Origin: Tubiluchus corallicola
Lineage: Eukaryota; Animalia; Priapulida
Assembly: GCA_030141605.1 (NCBI GenBank)
Contig: JAQGDQ010000284.1
Coordinates: 124,001 to 188,000 of the forward strand
Direction: 5' to 3'
Length of the DNA stretch: 64,000 bases
In this document: positions 39,994-51,511 of the stretch, piece after piece
How positions within the stretch are numbered: position 1 is the first letter of the stretch
Layout of the letters: the number at the start of each line of letters is the position of its first letter
Notes under the pieces: model-generated
What the model saw: only the letters and a program-made list of their open reading frames with translations
What the model was told of the DNA's origin: nothing
Database searches by the model: none
Made by a program: the position numbers and the translations under genes

Positions 39994-40201
39994 AGCCTTT
40001 TCACAGTTCCAGCGATTGATGATAATTGTGAATAGGTCAAAGGTTAAGTGTACCAGACCACACATTTCTGTACACTTGACAATGTCTCACAGCCCATACT
40101 GTTGTAATAGTAACAGTTTTAACAGCTAGCTAGAACCTTACTTTGTTCATTACCTTGTTCCCCTAGTAAATCACTCTATGCACAGACTAATGCATAATTA
40201 A
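39994..40201 (+). mobile_element. Truncated MITE family C (left half)
   Basis: Begins with TIR agccttttcacagtt; homologous to 45086-45306. Confidence 0.8.
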
Positions 40202-41349
40202 CTCCATGTAAAACAAATATATGTCATTATAGGACACGCTCAAAAAAGAGCTCCGTGATTCTAGTGGAAATTCTCAACTATTTCTCTTCAAAAATGTAAA
40301 TCAGTGAAAAATCTGTGGGCCTGCACTCATGAATTCCTCCATGTTAACCAAGAAACTGTGTAATATTTAGTACGTTCGACACACTGTGTTGAACCTGGTT
40401 TCAATTTCTAGAACAGGTAAAACTGGATGATCTTGTCCTTTAACACGACGGTTCATGTCTAGATAGCCTGTTCAGTTGAGCGTATGACCAATCACTTACT
40501 TTCTTGTAAAGGAGATCTAGGACAGGTATGAGGTGGGACCCTTCCCAGAGCTAACTAGGTGCGTGCTCATATACCTACAGTCACTACTTGCTTTATTGTA
40601 GTAGATAAATTTGCTTAATGAGTAATTAACTAATGACTCATTCAATTAACATAAGTAATTAACTAAATTAAGCTATTAATGCAACCTAAGTATAGGATAT
40701 ACATGAAATCATACTAGAATACGAAGTCAACTATATTAAAAGGGGTTGCAATGCTGCTCCGTAGTTCTTATATTCCAGACTGAAGTTACAGCAACCTATA
40801 GACTGGGTATATTTTTCTTGTACATATATAATTATTGCTAGCTCTATAATAATTATATTTTCATTTTGAGTACAACTACATTATCAAGCCTTGAAAATAT
40901 GTAATGGCCACCAATAAATAAAAATATAAACAAAATGAACCTAAACGACTGTATCAAGAGTCCATGTTTAGAATTAAATATACAGCAACAATTTATCCAA
41001 GACGCCATGCTTCCCTATTTACATCTGATAACACTGCTCAGACAAACTCCTTATTTGCCAGGATAAGTTGTTTGTTTGTTTGTCATCAGTTTGCTGTGAT
41101 TAAGGTACAACAGTCAGTCTTAATATCAAGATGCACAAATTTTATTATCACAGCTTGTGGAATTATTATTTGCTAGAACGTTCTACTATCTGGTACAAGT
41201 TTACGTGCTTGAAAATAAAATAAAGCATAAGACCATTTTGTATGCTGTTTGTATGATATTTTTGATAGACAATATAAATTAGCCACTTCGGTTTTTCTGC
41301 TACCTGACTAAATGATTACAGTGAGAAGTGTTTTTGATTCATTGTTGAT

Positions 41350-43815
41350 ATGGAAAAAATCGAGGAACTTATTTACAGTGTGTCAGATGCCGATCAAATA
41401 TCGGAACTCGAGACGTTACTAACTGGTTACCAATTTGCTCATCTTGGTGCAGATAGAACACAATGGCTCAACAAGCTGCTACATGCTGCAACGCGCTTTA
41501 ACATGCGTGAGCTTGTTGATGAACTTCTCAACAGAGGAGCAGAAATAGAAAGTGTATCACATATCGCTAGAAAACATTCAGATCCAGATTATATTACTCG
41601 AGATTATGAAGGAGGAACCCCCCTTGAAGCTGCTTGTAGTTTGGGACATACTTCTCTTGTTGAGCGACTCATTGAACGGGGTGCTGAAATAAACTGTCTT
41701 TCTAGAAGGAATGAATGGTCGCCTTTAACATTAGCAGCTAGAAATGGACATACAGAAATTTGTGAAATGCTGTTGGTTCATGGAGCAGAAGTTGATGGCT
41801 TCCCAGAAACGTATAAAATACGACCTATACAGCATGCATCATGGGAAGGCCGCATTGAAGTAGTGAAGCTGTTAATTAAATACGGCTCCGAAATTGATGA
41901 ACATCCTTACGTTTCAGTTGATGGTCATCCGCCCCTCCATGCTGCAGCATTTCAAGGACAGTTTGGAGTCATTGTTTATCTGCTTCTCAAAGGTGCAAAT
42001 GTCTTCTACGCAGACATAAAAGGTGGTACCGCTCTGCATGCGGCAGCAATGCAAGGACATGTTCATTGTGCAGCACTTCTGATTTTTGCGGGCTCTGACA
42101 TTCTGGCAAAAAATAATGATGGTGAGACCCCACTTTCCATAGCATGTATGAAGGATAGACTGGATGTTCTTAAACTATTATATGAAAATATGCTAGAGAG
42201 GTATTCACACAAAGTAGTGAGGGAGATTATAAAAAAACTTTACACTGGAGGAACTTTAATTCATCTGGCTTGTCAAAATGCTCACTTGTCAGCTCAAAGT
42301 GTAGAAATTGTTAAATATCTCGTTGATGTAGGTGTTCATACCGAAATGTTAAATGACTCTCATGAAACGGCTTATGATATGTGCATTCGACGAGCTTACG
42401 AAAAGGCATTGAACAAAAATTACAAACAAATTGCAGGACTTTTTCTTTCTTATCGGTACTTTCAAATGTGGCAAAAAGTGTCTTCAAAGCTTTCTGTCAC
42501 AGAAGATGATGAAACTGTGTCAAAAAACATTTGTGGATTGTCTCTAAAGGACTTGGTTTACATGCCTGGATTAGGAGCAATTTCAAGTGTGAAAGAATTT
42601 TACGATATTAGAACCAGTATAACTCGATTGTTGCGTGCTGTTAGCAGAATTCTTTACAGAAATCATCACATAAGATTTACGCCCATACTTGTTGGCAGTT
42701 CAGCTTGTGGAGTAAAGATTGGCCAGCCAGATGAATTTGATTTTTTTGTTGTGGTACAACTGCACAGAGATTTCACAGCTGATTATTTTATCAAACATCA
42801 TTCATTGTCTGATGGAAAATTAAAGGAGACATTTTCCCAATACTTGTGCAGAGCCGTGGCAACAGCTTTGCAAGAAAAGAAATTTAAAGAAATAATTGTG
42901 CCAAACAGCTTTCCACATGTAGTGGAATGGAATAAAGTCTGTACATGTTTGAAATTATGTGTTCTGTTGCCAAACAAAAAAATAGCACAAGTGTCTGTAG
43001 ATGTGACACCATGTTTTGAAAAAGTGGGAGTACCAAAGAATGCTAATGATAAATGGCCAAAGTATGTCAACAGTTATCACTACGTGCTCAAACCAGTCGA
43101 ATCAAAAATAAAAGTTGAACCCACATTTGCTGTTGCTGAATGTGGATTTATAAAGAACTTAGACAACAACTGTAAGATAGTGTTTATCCTCATAAAGGTG
43201 CTAGTAAAGCCTGTCCTGTATTGTTGCAACAAAGAAATACATTTATATCCCAATCATCATGCTTCAACATTTCACACCATTTTGGTCAGTGCAGATGTCA
43301 ACTTGCCAGAATTATACAGAGCAATAAAGTATCAACCAGATAAAGTCATTGACTCTTACATGTTAAAAGTGGCCTTCTTGCACGAAGTGGTGACCACTAA
43401 AGATGACTGGGGCACAGAAAACTTGAAAGCTCATGCTGTCTCTATATTCCAGTACATTGGGCACTGTTGCCGAGACGGTGCAATGTTTCACCCACTGCTA
43501 AATGATGTCAATATCTTAGAAGATCTAAAACATAAAGAAATGAGTGGCATTCCATTATTAACATTGGCAGAAGATGCAGCACGTGCTATAGAAAAGAAAT
43601 TAACTGATGGCGCCATACCATCAAATAAAGGTCTAATGGAACCAGATTTTGAAAAGTACCGTGCTATGCTGAAAACACATGCACTAACTCAGGGGGAAGG
43701 AATATTGGTCAAGGCGGAAATTGTGAGAGTTGATTTCTATTTAAGATACGTTTGGGATTGGATAAAACTAAGTGATACGAAACAGCAAAGTAAGTACATC
43801 TTACAAATGCATTAG
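41350..43815 (+). CDS. Ankyrin-repeat plus Mab21/cGAS-like nucleotidyltransferase fusion protein (ANK-cGLR), 821 aa, nested in an INO80 intron
   Basis: ~8-9 ANK repeats (GTPLEAAC, SPLTLAA, PPLHAAA, TALHAAA, TPLSIAC); NTase motif LVGSSACGVKIGQPDEFDF, third acidic residue in VSVDVTP; Mab21 C-lobe motifs FAVAE, CKIVFILIK, SYMLKVAFLH..W, HCCRDG.MFHPL..VNIL. Confidence 0.9.
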   Translation: MEKIEELIYSVSDADQISELETLLTGYQFAHLGADRTQWLNKLLHAATRFNMRELVDELLNRGAEIESVSHIARKHSDPDYITRDYEGGTPLEAACSLGHTSLVERLIERGAEINCLSRRNEWSPLTLAARNGHTEICEMLLVHGAEVDGFPETYKIRPIQHASWEGRIEVVKLLIKYGSEIDEHPYVSVDGHPPLHAAAFQGQFGVIVYLLLKGANVFYADIKGGTALHAAAMQGHVHCAALLIFAGSDILAKNNDGETPLSIACMKDRLDVLKLLYENMLERYSHKVVREIIKKLYTGGTLIHLACQNAHLSAQSVEIVKYLVDVGVHTEMLNDSHETAYDMCIRRAYEKALNKNYKQIAGLFLSYRYFQMWQKVSSKLSVTEDDETVSKNICGLSLKDLVYMPGLGAISSVKEFYDIRTSITRLLRAVSRILYRNHHIRFTPILVGSSACGVKIGQPDEFDFFVVVQLHRDFTADYFIKHHSLSDGKLKETFSQYLCRAVATALQEKKFKEIIVPNSFPHVVEWNKVCTCLKLCVLLPNKKIAQVSVDVTPCFEKVGVPKNANDKWPKYVNSYHYVLKPVESKIKVEPTFAVAECGFIKNLDNNCKIVFILIKVLVKPVLYCCNKEIHLYPNHHASTFHTILVSADVNLPELYRAIKYQPDKVIDSYMLKVAFLHEVVTTKDDWGTENLKAHAVSIFQYIGHCCRDGAMFHPLLNDVNILEDLKHKEMSGIPLLTLAEDAARAIEKKLTDGAIPSNKGLMEPDFEKYRAMLKTHALTQGEGILVKAEIVRVDFYLRYVWDWIKLSDTKQQSKYILQMH

Positions 43816-44677
43816 TCATTTGGTTAAATCTAGTCATCAGAAATCCAATGTTGTAATAAGTATTGCACGAAATCCAAGCAAATATTTGTATTTGGGAACT
43901 CAATGTACAGTATCACTTGTACGAAATCGGCTTATGCAGAAAATTTCAACTGTCCCGGCATAACACTCTGATATACTTTGGCCTCAAGTATATTCTATTT
44001 TTAAGCAGAAATTCCTCTTGGAATTTGAGACGACCTTAATTTATCCTTGATTGAACAGTTGGTTTTTGCTGGAAATCTGTACAGCAGACTCTTGGGTTGT
44101 AGCAAGCAGGTGATCAATAAACTAACGTATACGATCACGCAAGTGTACACCAGACTAAGCTACTCAACGGGCTAAGTTGCAATGTCGGAAAAAGGAGTTT
44201 TTCTTAATTTTATCCAATTAAATCTTAAATGCTTAAGCAAATAGCATGATTGGATAACGGAGATTCTCGTGAATAGTACCTATTTTGTAATCATTTAGTT
44301 ATGTCTGTGTTCATACAGTAGCAGAAAAGTCATAGGTCTTATAAAATCTAATTTTAATGGTGCGGTCCTGAGGAAGTTAAACAGCACTTATTGCAATTGT
44401 TTCTTTGTGTAAATTCCGATGTTTTGTTGAAACTTGAAAACGTAAGCTGTTCCGAAGACCTTGCACAGAAACGAAACATTAATGTTATTGTATCGGGGAA
44501 GAAAATGAATCATGCAGTTTGTAATGACACACGCAGGAAAGCTCAATTACAAAGTTGTTAAATTTTCACCCATTTAAAGACGAACAACATGACAGCAAAT
44601 TTTAAATCGCTCTCCTCCATAAATAATTACGTGTTTTACAAATAGAAATTACGAACGAATGAATTTACTTTTGATAC

Positions 44678-44812
44678 CTGGTGTTTGGATAGCATATGAC
44701 GAGCAGAACGGAGATCTTTGCCCGCATCTTGTGCAACCAACGCCTTCTCCATGTCGTCAAGCGTCTTGTGTGCTTCGACAATCGTCAAGTTGAAGTTTTT
44801 CTGATGAGAGGC
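44678..44812 (-). other. Isolated spectrin-repeat exon (ASHQKNFNLTIVEAHKTLDDMEKALVAQDAGKDLRSARHMLSKHQ)
   Basis: 135 nt, phase 0-0, ttcttttctag acceptor and cag|gtatc donor; D.GKDL.S...L.KHQ is the spectrin helix A-B signature. Confidence 0.72.
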
Positions 44813-45085
44813 CTAGAAAAGAATGAATAAACTAATATATCATTTATTAACACATCTTGCTTTGTGAATGTCTAGTGAGATGGTTAAAATCACTCGAGGC
44901 AAAAAGCACTTTCATGAGTTAACTGAGACATAAGTTATACGACGATTAAAGATTTCTGTTATTGGAAATAAGCTTTGTAAATCCACAACCAGTTAACAAT
45001 AAGGTGAAATTAAGTTTCGGACTTTTTGGACCATTGCTTTGTGAAACGTTTCAGTTTCACTTAAACCATCAGTGTAATATTAATG

Positions 45086-45469
45086 AGCCTTTTCACAGTT
45101 CCAGCTATTGATGTTGATCGTGAAAAGGTCAAGGGTTAAGCGTAACAAACAACACATTTGTGTACACTTGACAACGCTTCTCAGCCCATTCTGTTGTAAT
45201 CGTCACAGTTTTTACAACTAGCTAGAACCTTGCCTAGTTCGTTTTTTCTTGTTCCACAGCAAAATCCTGGTAGTAAACCATTCTACACACACTAATGCAT
45301 AATTAAGTACGGTTGATGTACAGCTACTGTAGTTACTGAACTGGTGTGGCAGACAGCTTTACTTTACCCACATGTCACATGGCGGTTGTAGTTAAGACGC
45401 GTTGCTGCTGTACACTTGACCTTTGACCTACAGCAACTGTGCATGCGCACAACGAAACTGTGAAAAGCT
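45086..45469 (+). mobile_element. MITE family C, full copy
   Basis: TIRs agccttttcacagtt / aactgtgaaaagct; ~380 bp. Confidence 0.85.
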
Positions 45470-47879
45470 TTATTTGATCGTTGAAAATGTGATTTTTTTT
45501 GGTTTATATCTTATCAAAATTAATTTTTTGGCTGCTTTACCCATAAATTTAAACGGAGCTGCTTTTCTATGGAAATCGTTGTTATATCCGTGGATTTTTC
45601 ATTTTCCCACTGTTGTAGTCAAAGATGAAAATTACATATATTCTGCCCCTTGTCTTGATCACCGTGGATTGACCTGCTAACAAAACTAGAGGTGGTCGGG
45701 AAGATATCTAAAAACCTACTTCTTTTAGCTATAAGTAACGTTAGCTTTAGCAATATGGTAAACCTTGGATTATGAAATGTCTGGTTTGATGTACAGAATG
45801 TACACTTTTTATCGAATTTAAAAATGGAGTAGTATGTGAAAAACCGTCCTGTTTTCCTTTAATCATCTAACCACAGATATGTACAGTTCTCAGTGATGCA
45901 AAGTGCTAAAATCTTCTAGGTTAGGCACAAAAGAAACTGTTCTAGCAACAGCTGTGACAAGGTCATAACGTTCCGTAGGTAAGAGGATAGATTGCTTTCA
46001 TTTCCAATCTGTCTTTATTTGCACTTTCCAGCAAGCTAGGTCGTTCATATTTCATTCTCAAGTGTGGAAAAGGTCCTTGTAGTGGCCAGGCATTATCAGA
46101 TTTCTTTTCCAGACGACAAAAAATCTACAATGCATTGCTGTTTGTTGGTCGGAGACCTTCATACTGGGAATGAATTTAAATTTTCCCGAAATTCAGGCTT
46201 AAACATGAAATGAACTCAAATCACCATACGTGTAATGAACTTCAATTGGGAGAAACATGCTAGAATTTCAGGGAAAACAAAAGATGTTTCCAATTTTACG
46301 GAATAACTTTGATTATTAAAAAAATTTTTATTTTATTACGAAAACTCAATACAACAATACAACGTATCAAAACACGATATGATAACATGGTATGCATAGT
46401 TACATTAATTTCATAATAAAATCGACATGACATGATGTCTATATAAATTGTTGCTTGCATTATAGTCAGAAGCAATACTTGTGTGACTGTAATGTAATTA
46501 ATGGTGCTGATGTTGGGATGCAAAAAAGGGAAGGTAAAAAATAATGGAATGATAGTGGAGAATGCAGGAGACGGGAATTAGTACAAGACTGCCAAGACTA
46601 TTAAATCAAGCCTGTCTTTTTTATTCGTTCATTATATATTTATTTGTTATTTACTTGGTACTAATATATGCAAAATAGTAAACAAACATGATATCATCTA
46701 AAACATATTTATAGTGAAGACACTTAAAGACAGTTAAAAGGAAAAACAACGAAATTTTAAAGTATGTCCCAAAGACTTGTGTAATTGCAAAAAATGTTAA
46801 TAATTTAAAATATTTGTGTGTCGACTGGTCAAATCTCACCCTATCACTGTCCATTTGTGTCCAGCGAATAACTTATTGTTTATCTTACGGACACTATAAA
46901 GTAATTTTTCTTAATTGGGGTGCATTATGTTGTTCCGATTATTTTTCAAGCTTTGTGCAGTGTTTTTTGAAGAAGAAGAAAATGGATGCCCTGATGTCGG
47001 TTTCAGAAAAATCGCATTAAAAAATTACATTACTTTACAGCAATTTTATGCATATAGCCTACTCCCTTTGAAAGGATTTTTTGTTTGTTTTCATTTTAAA
47101 TCTCATCTGTTCCGATGACGCCATTACATGACGTCATATACGCACAATGTAAATCAGGGGAAGAAAAGGCAATGTTATACTATGTCCCAAAAAACGTTCC
47201 ATGTAAAGTTATATTACCCTTATATTTCACTTGCCTGATTGAAAAACTTCTGAAACTAAAAAAGAAAATTATTAATTATTTAAAATGTTTTCACCAATTG
47301 GTAAAATGTCGCTGACTCACCCTCCAGGGTGCGCCACTCACTAACCAAAACACGTATTTTTAATCTTATTGACAAGTTACAGCAATTTAAAATTTTACTT
47401 ACTTAGTTCAAGTGTGAGCTACGAATGCTGTGATTATTTTTCAAACTTTACGCAATGTTATAAAGGAAATGTCGTCAAAATGGCTGCGCCCTCCCGCGAG
47501 TTTTCGCGGGAGTTTAAATTTTTTTTTAATAATAATAGTAAGTTTATTTGGAAGTGTAAATACAAATACAATATCAAGAAACACTGGGAAAAATAGATAT
47601 TACTAATAATGATTATATGACAGCGTGCATATGATAAATGGCAAGAACCAGAAGTAAAACTTGTTAGGTGCTTGCAACATTCTAAACACGTTCAAATAAT
47701 GAGAAAAAAAAGAACAAAAAAAACCGAAAGTTTTTGGGCAATTAAAAAAAAGAGTTGTGCAAAGTAAGGATAGAAGTGATTGATAAAAGAATGTTCAAAA
47801 GGGTAGGAAGAGTGGCTTGTGGAGATTCGGGTCTCATGAGATGACGAAGCACTCTGGATTCTACTCAAAAAGAAGACAA

Positions 47880-48490
47880 AGTTGTGACTGTTGTGTCACA
47901 CAGGAACAGTAGGTGGTTATCAAGACTATGTGGTTATGCAAATCCCATTACAGCAAATCTTAAACATTACTTTACAAGGTTCAATGAATATCATGTCCCT
48001 TACTGTCCTACTAATAGTGCCAGGCACTTTATTAAATTCACAGCCCCCAATAACTGGAATAAAATAAGTGCCCAAGTAAAAATACACAAAACTATTTATA
48101 GTTTCAAAAAGTACTTAAAAAGGACCATTTTTGTTTCATACTTGTAATACAATTTAATGGTTCCATGTCTCATGCAGTTGCAATATATGGCCTCCAATCA
48201 ATTATAATGCTATTTTAATATATATCTATGTAAATTAAACATACACTGTGATCGTTTCTTCTCCTCTTCTTCTTCCCTAATCTAACCATTCTTTCATTCA
48301 CTCATTTGTGCCACCTTAACAAGCCAAGCTTTCAAGGTGTCATACAGCAACTATTTTATTTGGTTATTTTCACTTCATCATCGTTTTTTTACCTATACTG
48401 TTTCTTTTTTTTCACTAATATTGTATGTTGACATATTATTTATATATTGCTGGAGTGAAATAAATTGATTGATTGATTGATAAATTGATA
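47880..48490 (+). mobile_element. LINE 3' end (L2/Crack-like) with (TTGA)n tail
   Basis: RHFIKFTAPNNWNKI...IYSFKKYLK ORF2 terminus; 3' UTR homologous to 62460-62895; lies between two parts of a family B copy. Confidence 0.7.
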
Positions 48491-50039
48491 AACTAGTTTA
48501 TTTAAGAAGCAAACAGATATCGTTTAACTGACGTTTTAAAAGACTGACGTTTTATACTGCGTTACTGCTAACACAAGCTCTACACGCAATAAGACAGCAT
48601 GTAAGTGATGTAAAACTTCGAGCCCTGGGATCAGTACATTTAAAAAAATATAATTTGTCAAAAAACGGCGTCAAGTTCTTTCCTGAACGCGGACATGAAT
48701 CATGGCGCGGTTTTCCAGGGTATTTCGCTTAATTAGCTTTCATTAACGAAGACAAAGCCGGCAAAGCAAATTGCATAATTTATGTTGGCATTAATTAAAT
48801 CAGTTTTGCGTAAACAGTTTATAAAATTAATTTTGTTATAAATTTGCCCGGCGAAGGACAAAGGCGCTCATTTAAAGGTTGATAACCTCCAATGATAAAA
48901 AATTTCACTGTGGTTAAGTAGGCTAGGCCATAGATCAATCAAGAAGCTTTAATATTGTTTGGAAAGTATCAATTATAAACGTTCTGATTTTGACATTATT
49001 TTAGATTAGGAAAATATCTTATAATTAGTTCTGAAACTTTGTACCAATATTGCAGTGCCCTCTGGGAAACATTTGCTGAACTAATCAACATGACCACACA
49101 CATAAAATCGATAATGAAGCTGTGTTCTAATCATATTTCTGATCATTTTTGTTACTTTTTTCTTTCGAATTGATTTTTTCATTGTTTCTTCTCTTTCTTG
49201 TTTTCTTTTTAATTCATTTCGGTCTCTAATTAATCTGCAAATTTTGAAAAGACTCTGTAGCAACGCTGCAGCTGTTTTTTTATCCACTTTTTTTTCAAAA
49301 GAACCGCTGAACCATTGAGAATTCACTTTGGCACAAAAAGCTGCTCTATTTTGATTTCAATTGTGTAAATTTTGTCAAGTAATTTGAACTTGTTTATTCA
49401 GTTTTGTTTTGTCAATATTCCTCGCCTCGTTTCGTCCATTCGTCGCATCGCAGCCTGCCTTTTTATCTTTAATTAAAACTAGAAACAATGGCGGAGTATC
49501 CGAGCACGAAATTAGCGAAAGCCATTTTGTGTTGATCTATGGGTATCGAGAAGCGCCATCGGTGAAATTGTCATAACAGGCATTGTGTTTATCCACGAAA
49601 TTTCATAATTTATGCAAACTCGCATGCCGCACTTGAATCACCGTAATGAATGGTTTAATCAGCAAAACGTGGCAGCTTGCCGAAGCATGACAGATTGCAA
49701 CTTTTGCAGATAAATCGTTCGGGTGGCCTTTGAAATTATCAATGCCTTTATGACATGCTGAATTTGTGAAGTGGTTTTCTCAATTCTCTTTGTGGTGAAT
49801 ATATTACAAAAACATACAGTTTCATTTGTTTATTAGTTAAGCATTATTTGTTTTGGCTGCTAAAGAGATTGGTGACTTATGGCAGTGAGTAAAGTTATAA
49901 GGCTCTAGGTAACAAAATTTCTAAAAAGTATTTAAAAGCACACCTTGTTGGATAGCATTATCTAGAGTATGTTAGTACAATTTTACGATATCTTTTAAAA
50001 TCGAACTTTTAATCTTGTTAACACTATTTTACACTATTT

Positions 50040-50265
50040 ACTGCTGCTGCTGCTACTGCTACTGCTAGTGCTGCTGCTGCTACTGTTACTGCTAGTGCTG
50101 CTGCTCCTACTGCTGCTGTTGTTGCTACTGCTACTGCTGCTGTTGCTGTTGTTGCTACTGCTACTCCTGCTGCTGCTACTGCTACTGCTACTGCTGCTGC
50201 TGCTGCTGTTGTTGCTACTGCTGCTACTGCTGCTACTGTTACTGCTACTGCTGCTGCTACTGCTA

Positions 50266-50298
<33 letters not shown>

Positions 50299-50415
50299 CT
50301 GCTGCTACTGCTGCTGCTGTTGCTGCGACTGCTACTGCTGCTGCTGCTGCTACTACTAATTGTCCTGCTACTACTACTGCTGCTGCTGTTGTTGCTACTG
50401 CTGCTACTGTTACTG

Positions 50416-50477
<62 letters not shown>

Positions 50478-50605
50478 ACTGCTGCTGCTGCTACTACTGC
50501 TACTTCTGCTACTACTACCAATACTGCTACTATTATTATTATTATCTTTGTCATTATCATCATCATTATAATTATTATTATTATATTATTATTATTATTA
50601 TTATT

Positions 50606-50670
<65 letters not shown>
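50040..50670. repeat. Compound microsatellite (CTG/CTA)n-(ATT)n-(CAT)n
   Basis: Directly visible. Confidence 0.95.
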
Positions 50671-50721
50671 AGAACAGTTTTTTCTTTCAGAAATAGCAGG
50701 TTACACTGGTTTAAAATATCC

Positions 50722-50978
50722 TTCATACTTGAAGTAATGCCCATTAAAATTTGCGCCTACTCTTTGTAGCTTTGTGCCTAACAAAATATTTGATTACATT
50801 ATCTTATATCAAATTGGCAGCATGGGAAACCTTTTTTAATTCGGTTCATACTTAAAGTAATGCCCGTTAAAATTTAAGCCAACTCTTTGTAGCTTTGTGT
50901 CTAACAAAACATTTGATTACATTATTATTTTGATCTTATATCAAATTGGCAGCATGGGAAACCTTTTTTAATTCGGTT
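50722..50978. repeat. Tandem duplication, ~125-135 bp x2
   Basis: ttcatactt...aaattggcagcatgggaaaccttttttaattcggttc occurs twice. Confidence 0.85.
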
Positions 50979-51511
50979 CGCCACGCTTTGCTGATCCGTT
51001 GAGAAAATACCCGTTGCTTATTTATTTGCCGTTAATCCCATTTTTTAATCCGTTTCGTGATTAATTTTTTTCCAAACCGCAGTATGGATTTAGAGTGAGA
51101 CGGAGCGTTCAAAGCGTTTACTCGACTAGAATAATTACTTAAATTGGATTCGCTTTCCTCTGTAAGAAATCCCGCGACATACGACCCAATTGCTTTTGTG
51201 CTCACAAGACCGCGTTATTTAAAATGCTGCAACTTCTTCTCATCTTGAAATTATGCTAAATTGCATATTTAATCCGTCCAGCCAGCTGATTGTTAATGGT
51301 TTAACACGGATGCGAGTTGCCCTTCTGAGACGTGACACACATTTACGATCATTTTTAAGAAAAAACGGAGATTAGTAAACAATTTCTTCTGGATTTTGAG
51401 ATTTGTCATTGAACAGTATTCATTTTAAAATGCGTTCATTTTGCAATTTTGATGAAAAATGGTAATTAGGAGTAGTTTTTTTCTTTTCTTAACGTTACGG
51501 GATTTTAAGCT

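Noticed and set aside
41322-41349. In-frame INO80-ANK-cGLR fusion protein
   Set aside because: Stop codons in both the INO80 frame (TGA at 41322) and the cGLR frame upstream of the ATG
42798-43070. Antisense ORF inside the cGLR (and similar ORFs antisense to the LRR genes)
   Set aside because: Shadow ORFs with no recognisable motifs
50024-50737. Poly-Ala/Leu/Cys ORFs (antifreeze-like)
   Set aside because: Trinucleotide microsatellite open in several frames
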